A stretch of DNA of 64,000 nucleotides from a candidate division WWE3 bacterium RIFCSPHIGHO2_01_FULL_40_23 (GCA_001772615.1 MEUZ01000003.1:286433-350432); one strand, 5' to 3'; positions 9,670 to 19,652 are shown, counted from the stretch's first letter. The notes: a model not told the origin generated them from the letters alone. Made by a program: numbers and translations.

Positions 9670-10339
9670 ATCTGCCTACTTTTTCATCTTTTACTATTTT
9701 TCCATCATGCATTAAAACAACCCGCCTTTTCATTCTGTTTACTATTCCTACCTCATGGGTTGCCATAATAACGGTTGTCCCTAGTGTATTTATTTTCTCA
9801 AGAAGATGAACCACTTCATCGCTTGCGACAGGATCAATATTTCCGGTTGGCTCATCCGCAATTAAGACTTTAGGTTCATGCGCGAGAGCTCGCGCGATAG
9901 CAAGCCTTTGCTTTTCACCCCCCGAAAGCTGATAAGGAAAACATTCCGACTTATTTAAAAGACTTACAAGATTTAAAACATTTGGAACAACCTGCTTGAT
10001 TTCTCCTTCCGGCCTCTCAACAACTTCAAGCGAAACGGCAACATTTTCAAAAACCGTTTTTGAATCAAGAAGCTTAAAATCCTGAAACACAACTCCTATT
10101 TTTCTTCGGAGTGAAGGAAGGAGATTCTTTTTAACTTTTGTAACATCAGTATCTTCAAAAAAAATAGATCCCGTTGTAGGAAGCTCTTCCCTTATTAAAA
10201 GCTTAACAAGGGTGGTCTTTCCGGCGCCGCTTGGACCGACTATAAATACAAACTCTTTAGGCAAAATGACTAAATTTACCCCCTCCAGTACCTGGGTGCC
10301 GTTTTCATATGATTTTGAAACATCTTCAAACTTTATCAT
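9659..10339 (-). CDS. ftsE: Cell division ATP-binding protein FtsE
   Basis: GPSGAGKT, VFQDFKLL, LSGGEKQR, ADEPTGN. Confidence 0.93.
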   Translation of the reverse strand: MIKFEDVSKSYENGTQVLEGVNLVILPKEFVFIVGPSGAGKTTLVKLLIREELPTTGSIFFEDTDVTKVKKNLLPSLRRKIGVVFQDFKLLDSKTVFENVAVSLEVVERPEGEIKQVVPNVLNLVSLLNKSECFPYQLSGGEKQRLAIARALAHEPKVLIADEPTGNIDPVASDEVVHLLEKINTLGTTVIMATHEVGIVNRMKRRVVLMHDGKIVKDEKVGRYEV

Positions 10340-10764
10340 TTTCCGAAAATAACTTTGTCAACAAGTAAAACATCTTCTTTTCCATCAGCTGTTTTTGAAA
10401 GCTTTCCCTGTAATTTCACGGTTGCTCCTTCAATTACTTTAAGTTTGTCATCTGTTGCGGAAAGGAGGATAACAGCCTTTCCGGAGGAATCTAAAAGCTT
10501 ATATGAAATATTATCATTCGGATGAAGTGACGGATCGCTGTAAACAACCTTTCCGCTCATTTCAACGACTTTCTCAACAGGTTTTTGATTGCCTTCAGTT
10601 ACTATTATGGTTTCTCCCCCTCTGTTATCAAAAAGGATAGGGATTTGACCTATAGCTACACCAAGCGACAAAAAGATGATAAAAAAAGCAACCAGAAGCG
10701 CTATTAATCTTTTGCCCTGGAACTTTTCAAAGTAATTATAAAGACGCGAAGCGTATGGCAGCAC
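10336..10764 (-). CDS. Hypothetical membrane-anchored protein (one TM + OB-fold-like beta domain)
   Basis: GTG start preceded by TATAAT; hydrophobic N-terminal segment; stop overlaps the ftsE start. Confidence 0.65.
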   Translation of the reverse strand: MLPYASRLYNYFEKFQGKRLIALLVAFFIIFLSLGVAIGQIPILFDNRGGETIIVTEGNQKPVEKVVEMSGKVVYSDPSLHPNDNISYKLLDSSGKAVILLSATDDKLKVIEGATVKLQGKLSKTADGKEDVLLVDKVIFGK

Positions 10765-10776
10765 GGAAAGATTATA

Positions 10777-11778
10777 CTAAAGTTTAATCTCCGCCTCAAT
10801 GAAATCGTCCAAATTCCCATCAAGAACGGCTTCAGGATTTGTAGACTCAAAGTTCGTCCTCAAATCCTTGACGAGCTTATAAGGCTGAAGAACATAGCTT
10901 CTTATCTGATTTCCCCAACCGGCGCTTTTATGTTCGCCTTTTAAAGCTTTCTTTTCAAGAGAAAGCTTTTCTTCCTCCACTGCGTAAAGCTTTCCCCTTA
11001 AAACCCTTAATGCAAGTTCTCTGTTTCTCCCCTGATACCTTTCTGTCTGGCATTCAACCACAATTCCAGTTGGCTTATGCCTAAGCCTAACTGCGGTTGA
11101 GACTTTATTAACATTTTGCCCTCCGTGTCCTGATGAATGTATGGCCTCAAACTCCAAATCTTCCGGCTTAATGTCAACTTCTATATCTTCGTTTATTACC
11201 GGAAGTACCTCAACCAAAGCAAAAGATGTCTGCCTTAAGTTATTCGCATTAAAAGGGGAGAGCCTAACGAGCCTGTGCGTTCCTGCTTCTTTCTTTAAAT
11301 ATCCATAGGCATATTCCCCGTCTACCTCATACGTAATGGATTTAACACCCACTTCTTCGCCCGGAGTTTTGTCAATTTCCATTACCGAAAAACCTTTTGC
11401 CTCGGCATATCTCAAATACATTCTCAAAAGGGTAGACGCCCAGTCGCACGCTTCCGTACCCCCCTGTCCCGCGTGTATTGATAAAATTGCACTCTCTTTA
11501 TCATATTTCCCAGAAAGAAAAGCCTTAATTTCAAGCTTTTTTAATAAACTTTCAAGCTCAACTTCTTCTTCCGATTCAAGATAAAGCTCAATCAGATCCA
11601 CATCTTCAAGCTCTTTTTTAAGGCTTGATAGCTCCTGCATTAAAACCTGCCCCTTTTTAAAATCTTTCCATAAATCTTCCGAGGAAGCCTTTTTTGAAAG
11701 CTCTTCAAGCCTTTTTTTCTTTTCGGAAACGCCAAGTTTGCTCTTTAATTTTTCAAATCTTTCCCTTTGCTCATTCAT
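10777..11778 (-). CDS. prfB: Peptide chain release factor 2 (continuous ORF)
   Basis: SPF and GGQ motifs; start placed at MNEQR (ATG 11776-11778) behind a TACAAT box. Confidence 0.93.
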   Translation of the reverse strand: MNEQRERFEKLKSKLGVSEKKKRLEELSKKASSEDLWKDFKKGQVLMQELSSLKKELEDVDLIELYLESEEEVELESLLKKLEIKAFLSGKYDKESAILSIHAGQGGTEACDWASTLLRMYLRYAEAKGFSVMEIDKTPGEEVGVKSITYEVDGEYAYGYLKKEAGTHRLVRLSPFNANNLRQTSFALVEVLPVINEDIEVDIKPEDLEFEAIHSSGHGGQNVNKVSTAVRLRHKPTGIVVECQTERYQGRNRELALRVLRGKLYAVEEEKLSLEKKALKGEHKSAGWGNQIRSYVLQPYKLVKDLRTNFESTNPEAVLDGNLDDFIEAEIKL

Positions 11779-11864
11779 AGGAAGATTGTATAGGGACACG
11801 GCCCTCCCCGCAAACAACCCCTCATCTGTCTCAACCGGATGCATGGGTGGTAAAATAAAACATT

Positions 11865-13688
11865 ATGAATGAGGAAGTGAGCCCAGAAAATAAAGAGATA
11901 CAGTTTCGTGAATTTATTAATATAGCAAAATGGTGCGTAAAGCTTATCTTTAAGAATGAGCCATGGGCACTTTCCTTGATGGTCATCGGAACAGTCCTGA
12001 TACAGCTAAGGGGGATTGTTTACAGCTATCTTTTCTCAAAAATGCTTGACGCTCTAATAAAAACTGCTCAAACTCCAAACGCGAATGTAATGTCACTTTA
12101 CCCTTATCTTGGCGTCTTGTTTGCGTACTACATCTTGTCTAACATAATTTTCTTTATCAGAAACGTAGCAAGAACAACTTTAAATACTCGAAGCAGACCC
12201 AAAATGAGGCGGGAACTTTTTGATAAGCTCCATTCTCTTGGAATTCAGACTCTTGAAGATCCCGAGGTAAATAATAAAATCCACAGAGCTGATGAAAGTC
12301 TAACAGATATAGTACCCTTCCTCCAGCAGACTGTGGACCTCGTAGCATCTTTCATAAAAATGACCGTCAGCGCGATCATTATATTTAGATTCCTCCCCCA
12401 GCTTATCATTTTGATCTTTATCGCTCATATTCCTTACTTTTTTAATGACAGAAGATTCAGGGGCTTACTTTGGAAATTCTCGCTTGACACAACAGAAGGG
12501 CAAAGGAGAGCGGGGTGGAGCTCCGGCTATTTAATATCTTCATCGTCTCTACATGAGGTTTACATAAATGGAGCTTTTAAATTCTTATCTGAAAAGTATT
12601 TGAACTTTCACAACTGGTTCTCCAGTGAAAGGATAAAGCTTCAAAAAAAATGGCTTTCATCAACCTATTCTTCAAGTCTGCTTGCAGACCTGGTTGTTCT
12701 TTCGGGGTACATAAGACTTTTTGGGAATTTCATAAGAAAACAGATTTCAATAGGAGATGTTGCTTTCCAGGGAAATATGATTTCAAGCCTATCGGATTCA
12801 ATAATAGATGTTTTAAATATGACAAATGAACTCATGGGGTTATCTCTTAGATTAAGGGACACATACTCACTGTTTCAAACACGGTCAGGTTTTACTGATG
12901 GAGAAAACATTCTTCCAAAACTTGAAAGTGGACCAGAGATTGAGTTTAAGAATGTAAAGTTTAAATACCCCAAGTCCGAAAAGCATATATTTGAAAACCT
13001 AAACTTAACGATTAAACCCAATGAAAAAATAGCAATAGTCGGGCATAACGGAGCGGGAAAAACCACTCTCATAAAGCTTATTTGCAGATTTTATCAAGTG
13101 GAAGAAGGGAGTATACAAATTAATGGTATAAATATTAATGACATAAGCACAGAAAGCCTTTACAAAAATCTTGGAGTCCTCTTCCAGGATTACAACAACT
13201 ATTCCCACTTAACGGTTAAAGAAAATATTTACATTGGAAATACAAATGATCCCATTAATGATACAGCGGTAAGGCTTGCCGCAATGAATGCCGACGCATC
13301 CGAATTCATAGAAGAGTTCCCTAATAAATTTGATCAGATTTTAAGTGAGAAGTTTAAAGGTGGGACAAGACCAAGCACTGGCCAGTGGCAAAAAATTGCC
13401 ATTGCAAGATTTTTTTACAGAAACGCGCCTCTTGTAATTTTTGATGAGCCCACGGCATCAATTGATGCGGTTTCGGAGTACAACATATTTAATAAGATTT
13501 ATGAGTTTTTTAAGGGTAAAACAGTGATTATTATTTCACACAGATTTTCAACCGTGAGAAATGCGGATCGGATCATAGTTTTAGACAAGGGCGAGATTAT
13601 TGAAGAAGGATCACACACACAGTTAATGAACAAAAACGGCCACTACGCTAAAGCCTTTTTACTTCAGGCAGAAGGCTACTCCCAGTAA
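11865..13688 (+). CDS. ABC exporter, fused TMD + NBD
   Basis: N-terminal TMs, GHNGAGKT, variant signature PSTGQWQK, IFDEPT, SHRFST. Confidence 0.92.
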   Translation: MNEEVSPENKEIQFREFINIAKWCVKLIFKNEPWALSLMVIGTVLIQLRGIVYSYLFSKMLDALIKTAQTPNANVMSLYPYLGVLFAYYILSNIIFFIRNVARTTLNTRSRPKMRRELFDKLHSLGIQTLEDPEVNNKIHRADESLTDIVPFLQQTVDLVASFIKMTVSAIIIFRFLPQLIILIFIAHIPYFFNDRRFRGLLWKFSLDTTEGQRRAGWSSGYLISSSSLHEVYINGAFKFLSEKYLNFHNWFSSERIKLQKKWLSSTYSSSLLADLVVLSGYIRLFGNFIRKQISIGDVAFQGNMISSLSDSIIDVLNMTNELMGLSLRLRDTYSLFQTRSGFTDGENILPKLESGPEIEFKNVKFKYPKSEKHIFENLNLTIKPNEKIAIVGHNGAGKTTLIKLICRFYQVEEGSIQINGININDISTESLYKNLGVLFQDYNNYSHLTVKENIYIGNTNDPINDTAVRLAAMNADASEFIEEFPNKFDQILSEKFKGGTRPSTGQWQKIAIARFFYRNAPLVIFDEPTASIDAVSEYNIFNKIYEFFKGKTVIIISHRFSTVRNADRIIVLDKGEIIEEGSHTQLMNKNGHYAKAFLLQAEGYSQ

Positions 13689-13772
13689 CAACCTCCTATC
13701 TCTCAATTGGACACTATAGGCTACTTGAGGTATGATACCTTAAAATAATCAGACCTCATAAGGAGAGGAAAG

Positions 13773-13985
13773 ATGAAGGGATTTCTCAAATTCCTTGGGG
13801 TGTGGGCCATATTTTGGCTCATCACCATTGGAATAGTATTTGGGTACGATGGCAGCCTGCCGATCTCAGACAAGGTTACCATCGCGGAGAACCTTGGCAG
13901 GATCTTGATCTCATACGTCTCCTGGCCTTTCACTTTGGGGATGGTCACAGGGCAGGTGATTAATATCCTAGTATCAGGTGGTTAA
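13773..13985 (+). CDS. Small two-TM hypothetical protein
   Basis: SD-like AAGGAGAGG upstream, terminator directly downstream. Confidence 0.7.
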   Translation: MKGFLKFLGVWAIFWLITIGIVFGYDGSLPISDKVTIAENLGRILISYVSWPFTLGMVTGQVINILVSGG

Positions 13986-13989
13986 CCCA

Positions 13990-14029
13990 AACGGGGAGTT
14001 TTTCCAAAGGAAACTCCCCGTTAATTTTT
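13990..14029 (+). terminator. Intrinsic terminator
   Basis: aacggggagttt / aaactccccgtt stem followed by a T-rich tail. Confidence 0.75.
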
Positions 14030-14073
14030 CCTAAAACCTCGTTTAAGACCCCCGACTAGATTAGAGACTGCAC

Positions 14074-14577
14074 TCAAATAATTCTTTTATTTCCTTTTAG
14101 ATTCCAGATAATACATGAAGCTTCCCAGAAGATTATGATTGCACACGGAAGGTAAATCAGAAACACAAGCCCGCGCAAGGTCTGCATAAATGAGACCAGC
14201 CTGCCAAGCAGTGGAATCACTATTAATACCTTTCCAATAACCTCCTCCTCTTTTACACTCCAGTCGTCTACTTCTTTATTCGCGTCACCCTTTGTAAAAT
14301 AAACATTTCTTCCATCTTCAAAATCCTTTTCTTCAATTCTATGTGAAACAAATTCACCCGTGGCAGGGCTTTTAAAAGTTACCACATCTTTAGGAAAGTA
14401 ATTATCAAACCTCACGCTCACTAAAAGCGACCCGGATTTTATAACCGGTTCCATTGAACCAGATCTCACAACAAAAAAATTAACATTCTTAAACACCTTT
14501 CCGCTTCTTTCCGAGAAAAGTGAAAGAGAAATCAAAAGAAGAATTACTATTAAACATACTTCCAGAATCTCCTTCAT
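14074..14577 (-). CDS. sipW: Signal peptidase I, SipW/ER-type (Ser-His-Asp)
   Basis: SGSMEP, VSHRI and TKGDAN motifs. Confidence 0.88.
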   Translation of the reverse strand: MKEILEVCLIVILLLISLSLFSERSGKVFKNVNFFVVRSGSMEPVIKSGSLLVSVRFDNYFPKDVVTFKSPATGEFVSHRIEEKDFEDGRNVYFTKGDANKEVDDWSVKEEEVIGKVLIVIPLLGRLVSFMQTLRGLVFLIYLPCAIIIFWEASCIIWNLKGNKRII

Positions 14578-14625
14578 TTTTACAATTTTTAAACGCTCTT
14601 CGGTCTTACCCGAAGCGCAGTTAAA

Positions 14626-15228
14626 CTAAATACCTTCCTGACCCACCCCATCCGTACTTACAGTAAATTCAAAATCATATATTGCGTTTTGCCCCATTTT
14701 GCTTTCCGGCAGGGATTCGGACGAGAACCTTAACACATAACCCTTTTCCTCTCCGGCAGACAACTCCCCAAGTCCCACACCTTCGCTCTTCCACTTAAGA
14801 ATTGTTTTTCTGATTAAAGGGACTTCCCCGAGTTCCCCCAACTCCAGTATACCATCCCCGTCTACATCATCCCATTCATAAAAATCAACATTAATATATT
14901 CTCTTAAACTTCCCGGATCATCCGCCGTCGCGTAATCTGACTTTGAGGAAAGACCTACTCTAAATGTACTATTGTTAAAAAGCTTAATCGGATAATCGCT
15001 AACCCATCCAGGATATAAATTGTTAAACCTCGGGCCTTCTTTTTCATCAAGAAGATTAGCTGAATCGGGGGCCAAAGATAAATCATTTAACAGCTTAATA
15101 TCGGCAGTTCCGACGCTAAAGGTTGCGCCGGAAACCTTCCCGGTATCCAAAAAAGCGGCTCTTGTTGATAAAGCAATCACGGCAAGAGAAGACATTATGA
15201 GAAGAAAACTGATAAGACTTTTTTTCAT
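14626..15228 (-). CDS. SipW-dependent secreted protein (TasA/camelysin-like)
   Basis: Signal ending TRAAFLD...FSVGTADIKL, then NLYPG; strong SD AAGGAGGTGA; upstream of sipW. Confidence 0.75.
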   Translation of the reverse strand: MKKSLISFLLIMSSLAVIALSTRAAFLDTGKVSGATFSVGTADIKLLNDLSLAPDSANLLDEKEGPRFNNLYPGWVSDYPIKLFNNSTFRVGLSSKSDYATADDPGSLREYINVDFYEWDDVDGDGILELGELGEVPLIRKTILKWKSEGVGLGELSAGEEKGYVLRFSSESLPESKMGQNAIYDFEFTVSTDGVGQEGI

Positions 15229-15306
15229 GATTCACCTCCTTTCAAATAAACCTTTATAAACTCTTCAGTAACGCCGCAGAATTTATTTACACTCATAAAC
15301 TCATTG

Positions 15307-15370
15307 CTAGGATTTAGGTGTTAGTTGCACAACCTCCCAAAAGCAACTCTGATGTATCCCTAAATCCTAG
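15307..15370. promoter_or_regulatory. Long stem-loop in the 5' region of the TasA-like gene
   Basis: ctaggatttagg...cctaaatcctag 12-bp stem with inner agttgc/gcaact. Confidence 0.5.
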
Positions 15371-15445
15371 AAAGGAATGTACAATATTAATTGTAATTAT
15401 ATATGTTGTTAACAAAAATTGCAATAAGGAACTTTGTAATATTGG

Positions 15446-15475
15446 GAGAATCGCTTCGCTATACCCGCAATGACA
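15446..15475 (-). repeat. Degenerate TGTCAT-tagged REP-like element
   Basis: Reverse complement reads tgtcattgcgggtatagcgaagcgattctc. Confidence 0.45.
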
Positions 15476-15555
15476 AAAAGGCCTGACTTTGCGGTGACGA
15501 AGGAGGTTACTTGGAAACTCACACTTTGCAATGGTACAAGAAATATTTGAATAGA

Positions 15556-16017
15556 TCAGCGTTTAGAGTACTGTGGTCTTTTTCTGGCTTTTCTTAAGAA
15601 ATATTTCTTTCTTTCAACTTCTCTCGGATCTCTTGTAAGTAGTCCATATTTTCTTAACAAATCTCTATATTCGGGATTGCTCTCAATAAGAGCCCTTGAC
15701 AAACCTAGTACAACCGCCGAAAGCTGGGAGGAAGTCCCGGAACCGGAAACTTTAATCGTTGCACTGTAGGAGCTTTCGGGATGTGAAACTCCCACCAGAT
15801 GGAAGGGCCTAAGATAGGATAGTTTTTCTTTTTCAGTTCTGAAAAATTCCGATATTTCTTTATCATTGACTATAAAATCTCCCTTTTTTGGATATAAAAA
15901 CACCGATGCAACCGCGCTTTTTCTTCTTCCCGTTCCAACAAAGGCTTTTTCCTTTTTAGCTTTTATTTTTTCTTTTACGTTAGTTTCTTTTTCCCCGCTC
16001 TTTTTTGTTCTTGGCAT
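15556..16017 (-). CDS. rpsI: 30S ribosomal protein uS9
   Basis: GTGRRK; TRDPREVERKK...PQYSKR. Confidence 0.97.
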   Translation of the reverse strand: MPRTKKSGEKETNVKEKIKAKKEKAFVGTGRRKSAVASVFLYPKKGDFIVNDKEISEFFRTEKEKLSYLRPFHLVGVSHPESSYSATIKVSGSGTSSQLSAVVLGLSRALIESNPEYRDLLRKYGLLTRDPREVERKKYFLRKARKRPQYSKR

Positions 16018-16018
16018 A

Positions 16019-16438
16019 TCAATTTCCTAACTGCGCTTTATGAGGATGTTCCAAACCTTTATACACATAAAGATTTAATATCCTTTTCCTCCTTAATTTA
16101 TTCACGGGAAGCATACCCCACACCGCCTTTTTTATTACCTCTTCCGGCTTTCTTTCTAAAAGGCTTTGAAGCGTTTCTTCTTTAAACCCGCCGGGGTATC
16201 CAGAGTGCCTGTAATATTTTTTGGATATTAATTTCTTTCCTGTAACGGCAACTTTTTCGGCGTTAACCACAACCACCTTCCCACCGACATTTATATTTGC
16301 GGAAAAATTCGGTTTGTCTTTCCCTAAAAGCAAAGTTGCGGCTCTCGTTGCCACTCTTCCAAGAACCTGGTCTGAAGCGTCTATTAAATGCCAGTCTTCT
16401 TTTATGTCTTTACGTCTTACGGCGTATGTTTTTTTCAT
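16019..16438 (-). CDS. rplM: 50S ribosomal protein uL13
   Basis: WHLIDA...LGR; YYRHSGYPGG; GMLP. Confidence 0.97.
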   Translation of the reverse strand: MKKTYAVRRKDIKEDWHLIDASDQVLGRVATRAATLLLGKDKPNFSANINVGGKVVVVNAEKVAVTGKKLISKKYYRHSGYPGGFKEETLQSLLERKPEEVIKKAVWGMLPVNKLRRKRILNLYVYKGLEHPHKAQLGN

Positions 16439-16911
16439 TTCTTTGCCTCTTTAACTTTAGCTACCTTAGGAGACGCTTTTTGGGTCTCGCCGCTTTTCAC
16501 AACTTTGTTTTTAACAGACTCTTTCTCTTTACCTTTTTCTTTGGATTTTCCGTAATCAACCTTTTCACTCCATTCAAGCTTTGCTAGAGGGGCGTTATCC
16601 CCCTCCCTAAACCCAAGTTTTGACATTTTTGTAAACCCGCCGTTTCTTGATGCAAACTTAGGAGCAACAGTATGCAAAAGAGTGTCGATTGCAAACCTTG
16701 TATTTAACGAGGCTTTAAGGGAAGAAAGAGAAGTAGGCCCAGCCTTTGCCTTTGTAACGAGCTTCTCAACATAAGGTCTTACAAACCTCGCTTTGGCTAA
16801 AGTAGTCACGGCGTAACCCTTTTCAATAAAAGAAGTGGCAAGAAACCTGTTTAAGGCTTTTCTATGGTCGGTATCAATATTCAGATTAGTGCCGTGTACT
16901 CTATGCCTCAT
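16435..16911 (-). CDS. rplQ: 50S ribosomal protein bL17 with Lys-rich tail
   Basis: MRHR...HRKAL; RNGGFT...GDNAP. Confidence 0.95.
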   Translation of the reverse strand: MRHRVHGTNLNIDTDHRKALNRFLATSFIEKGYAVTTLAKARFVRPYVEKLVTKAKAGPTSLSSLKASLNTRFAIDTLLHTVAPKFASRNGGFTKMSKLGFREGDNAPLAKLEWSEKVDYGKSKEKGKEKESVKNKVVKSGETQKASPKVAKVKEAKK

Positions 16912-16914
16912 AAA

Positions 16915-17838
16915 TTATCTTAAACCTTCTTTTTTAAGAAGCTTGTTTATTTCCTCAATGGACTTGTCTCCAAGGTTTTTAACTTCGGAAAGTTCTTCAG
17001 GCATAGTCTGGGAGAGATCAGATAAAGTTTTAATTCCCGCTTTCTTTAATGCGTTTACTGTTCTTGTGGGTAAGGGAAGCTCTTCAAGATAAACATCTTC
17101 TCTTTTTACTGTGGAGGGTTTATCCTCATCTTTGACCCCTTCTTCTCCACCCACCTCTTCAATACCGGATGAAATTCTGCCGAAGAAGCTCTCAAGAATT
17201 GAGGATGCTTTAGTGAGGGCTTCAAACGGGGCAATTGTCCCATCTGTTTCTATGATTAACACTAACTTATCAAGCCCTGTTTCTCTTCCTACCCTTGTAG
17301 GCTCAACCGAATATGAAACTACCGTTACGGGAGAAAAGACGCTGTCAAGAAGAATAACACCGATCTTAGAAGTTTCTCTTTCCTCGGCGGGAACATATCC
17401 TGTACCGCTTTCGGCAACTACCTCCATTTCAAGTTTTGCGGATTTATCAGAAAGTGTTGCTATGTGCAGATCCCCATTAATTATTTTTGCCTCCGAAGAA
17501 ACCTCAAAATCCGATGCCTTAACATCACCTGGGCCTGTTTTAGAAAGCTTAAGAACAACCGGGTTATCCCCATGAATCTTAAGCCTGATTTTTTTCAAAT
17601 TAAGACAGATTTCAACCACGTCTTCCTTGACACCCTTGATGGTTGTGAACTGATGCGAAGCTCCCGCAATCTTCACCTGTGACACTGCGGAACCGGGGAG
17701 TGAAGAAAGAAGTACCCGCCTTAAAGAATTCCCAAGGGTGTTGCCATACCCCTGCGGAAGAGGCTCTATAACAAAAGTGCCTTTGTTAGAACTTTCTTCC
17801 TCCCTTTTTAATTTAATATCTGTTGGTTGTATACTCAT
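16915..17838 (-). CDS. rpoA: RNA polymerase alpha subunit
   Basis: GYGNTLGNSLRRVLLSS; C-terminal domain RTVNALK...NLGDKS. Confidence 0.97.
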   Translation of the reverse strand: MSIQPTDIKLKREEESSNKGTFVIEPLPQGYGNTLGNSLRRVLLSSLPGSAVSQVKIAGASHQFTTIKGVKEDVVEICLNLKKIRLKIHGDNPVVLKLSKTGPGDVKASDFEVSSEAKIINGDLHIATLSDKSAKLEMEVVAESGTGYVPAEERETSKIGVILLDSVFSPVTVVSYSVEPTRVGRETGLDKLVLIIETDGTIAPFEALTKASSILESFFGRISSGIEEVGGEEGVKDEDKPSTVKREDVYLEELPLPTRTVNALKKAGIKTLSDLSQTMPEELSEVKNLGDKSIEEINKLLKKEGLR

Positions 17839-17850
17839 AGATTTTCCTTT

Positions 17851-18465
17851 CTATCTTGAATAATACTCTACTATTAATTGCGGATTAAGCTCGCTTGAAA
17901 CCTCTCCCACCTGCGAAATGGAGGGAGATGTAAGAAACTTAACTTTTTTATCGGTAGATGAAACCTCAAGCCATGAGGGAACTTTTATAACTTCCCTGAC
18001 TGAAATCTTATCAGGATTTACGCTCGTTACCTCATCCAAAGGCTTCAACTCATATGATGGAAAAGTCACAACCTTTCCATTGACCGCATAATATCCAAAT
18101 CTTATAAACTGCCTCGCCTGCGCCCTGGAAGCCGCAAGGCCCGATCTGTAAACAACGCTGTCAAGCCTTCCCTCAAGAAGCTGCATCAAGGCCTCTCCCG
18201 TAACTCCTTTTTTCCTTAAGGCTTCCTTAACAAGATTTGCAAATTGCTTTTCCAAAACCCCATAAATTCTTTTGGCTTTTTGCTTTTCCCTTAACTGAAG
18301 TGCATAACCAGTCGGTCTTCTTTTTCTTCCGGCGCCGTGCTGACCGGGTGCTTGCATTCTCCTTGTGATTGCGCATTTTTCCGATTCACACCTTGCACCT
18401 TTTAGAAAAAGTTTTATCCCTTCTCTTCTGCACAATCTACATTTTGGTCCGGTATATCTTGCCAT
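17851..18465 (-). CDS. rpsD: 30S ribosomal protein uS4
   Basis: MARYTGPKCRLCRRE; QLIVEYYSR. Confidence 0.97.
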   Translation of the reverse strand: MARYTGPKCRLCRREGIKLFLKGARCESEKCAITRRMQAPGQHGAGRKRRPTGYALQLREKQKAKRIYGVLEKQFANLVKEALRKKGVTGEALMQLLEGRLDSVVYRSGLAASRAQARQFIRFGYYAVNGKVVTFPSYELKPLDEVTSVNPDKISVREVIKVPSWLEVSSTDKKVKFLTSPSISQVGEVSSELNPQLIVEYYSR

Positions 18466-18477
18466 AAAATCTATCCT

Positions 18478-18873
18478 TTATACTCTCCTTCTGTTTTTAG
18501 GCTTGCACCCGTTATGAGGAACGGGGGTAACATCCGCAATTGAAACTACGTTTAATCCCGCGTTTTTAAGAGCTTTTATCGCGGAAATTCTTCCGTTCCC
18601 GGGCCCTTTAACAAATACTGAAACTTCTCTCATACCTTTTTGAGCTGCCTTTCTTGCCACGGCTTCTGTAGCTACGGTTGCAGCAAAAGGAGTTGACTTT
18701 CTTGTTCCTTTAAAACCCGATGCTCCGCTGCTTCCCGTGCAGATAACTTTGCCGGATGAATCGGTGATCGTAACAATTGTATTATTAAAACCCGCACTGA
18801 TATAAACCTTGCCCGAAGATAGGTTTCCTAATGACTGCTTTATTTTAGAATGCTCTGTTTCTATATATGGCAT
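18478..18873 (-). CDS. rpsK: 30S ribosomal protein uS11
   Basis: [27 protein letters not shown]. Confidence 0.96.
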   Translation of the reverse strand: MPYIETEHSKIKQSLGNLSSGKVYISAGFNNTIVTITDSSGKVICTGSSGASGFKGTRKSTPFAATVATEAVARKAAQKGMREVSVFVKGPGNGRISAIKALKNAGLNVVSIADVTPVPHNGCKPKNRRRV

Positions 18874-18877
18874 ACTA

Positions 18878-19264
18878 TTATTTCTTGGCTAAAACTTTCT
18901 TCATACCGCCGACTGTTTTCCTCTTGCCTTTTTTAGTTCTGGCGTTTGTTCTTGTTCTTTGGCCCCTTACAGGAAGGCCTTTTTTATGTCTTATTCCCCT
19001 GTACGATTGAATTTCCTGAAGCCTTCTGATATTTTGTGAAACTATCTTTCTTAACTCTCCCTCTACGGGAAACCCTGTTTTTTCAATAGCTTCTCTTATT
19101 TTTGCTATTTCTTCTTCAGTTAAATTCTTAACCCTCTCATCAGGATTTATTTTTGCCAGTGTCAGAATTTTTTTGGACAGGGAAGGACCCACACCATAAA
19201 TATAGGTAAGGGACACTTCAACTCTTTTTTCATTTGGTACATCAACTCCCGCAATTCTAGCCAT
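18878..19264 (-). CDS. rpsM: 30S ribosomal protein uS13
   Basis: MARIAGVD (ATG 19262-19264); [14 protein letters not shown]. Confidence 0.96.
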   Translation of the reverse strand: MARIAGVDVPNEKRVEVSLTYIYGVGPSLSKKILTLAKINPDERVKNLTEEEIAKIREAIEKTGFPVEGELRKIVSQNIRRLQEIQSYRGIRHKKGLPVRGQRTRTNARTKKGKRKTVGGMKKVLAKK

Positions 19265-19274
19265 AAGGTGAAAA

Positions 19275-19391
19275 TTACCCCTGCCTTTGTTTATGCTTTG
19301 GGGTTCTTGAGCAGATAACAAAAACCTTTCCTTCTCTTCTAACTATTTTACAATTCCTGCACATTTTTTTGACAGAGGGCCGAACTTTCAT
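19275..19391 (-). CDS. rpmJ: 50S ribosomal protein bL36 (38 aa, below the ORF-track cutoff)
   Basis: Hand translation [38 protein letters not shown]. Confidence 0.96.
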   Translation of the reverse strand: MKVRPSVKKMCRNCKIVRREGKVFVICSRTPKHKQRQG

Positions 19392-19394
19392 AAA

Positions 19395-19610
19395 TTATGA
19401 ACGATAGGTAATCCTGCCGCGTGTCAAATCAACGGGGCTAAATTCAACCTTGACTTTGTCTCCGGGCAAGATTTTGATGTGAAACATACGCATCTTACCT
19501 GAAACGGTTGCAAGGGCTTCAGTCCCATCATCAAAGATGATTTTAAACATCGCACTCGGCAATGATTCCTTAACTATTCCTTCTTTTTCAACTACGTCTT
19601 TCTTTGACAT
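19395..19610 (-). CDS. infA: Translation initiation factor IF-1
   Basis: [17 protein letters not shown]...RGRITYR. Confidence 0.96.
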   Translation of the reverse strand: MSKKDVVEKEGIVKESLPSAMFKIIFDDGTEALATVSGKMRMFHIKILPGDKVKVEFSPVDLTRGRITYRS

Positions 19611-19652
19611 CCGGAAAGCTCCGGCAAAAGCCGGTTTTTTAATGCAAGCTGC

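Noticed and set aside
11779-11844. N-terminal extensions in the ORF track (prfB; likewise rpsM, rlmB, tuf, rpsG, xseA, ORF 61652)
   Set aside because: Longest-ORF artefacts; downstream starts match family N-termini and promoter/SD positions
15260-15380. Possible c-di-GMP or c-di-AMP riboswitch before the TasA-like gene
   Set aside because: The conserved aptamer motifs are not recognisable; kept only as an unassigned hairpin
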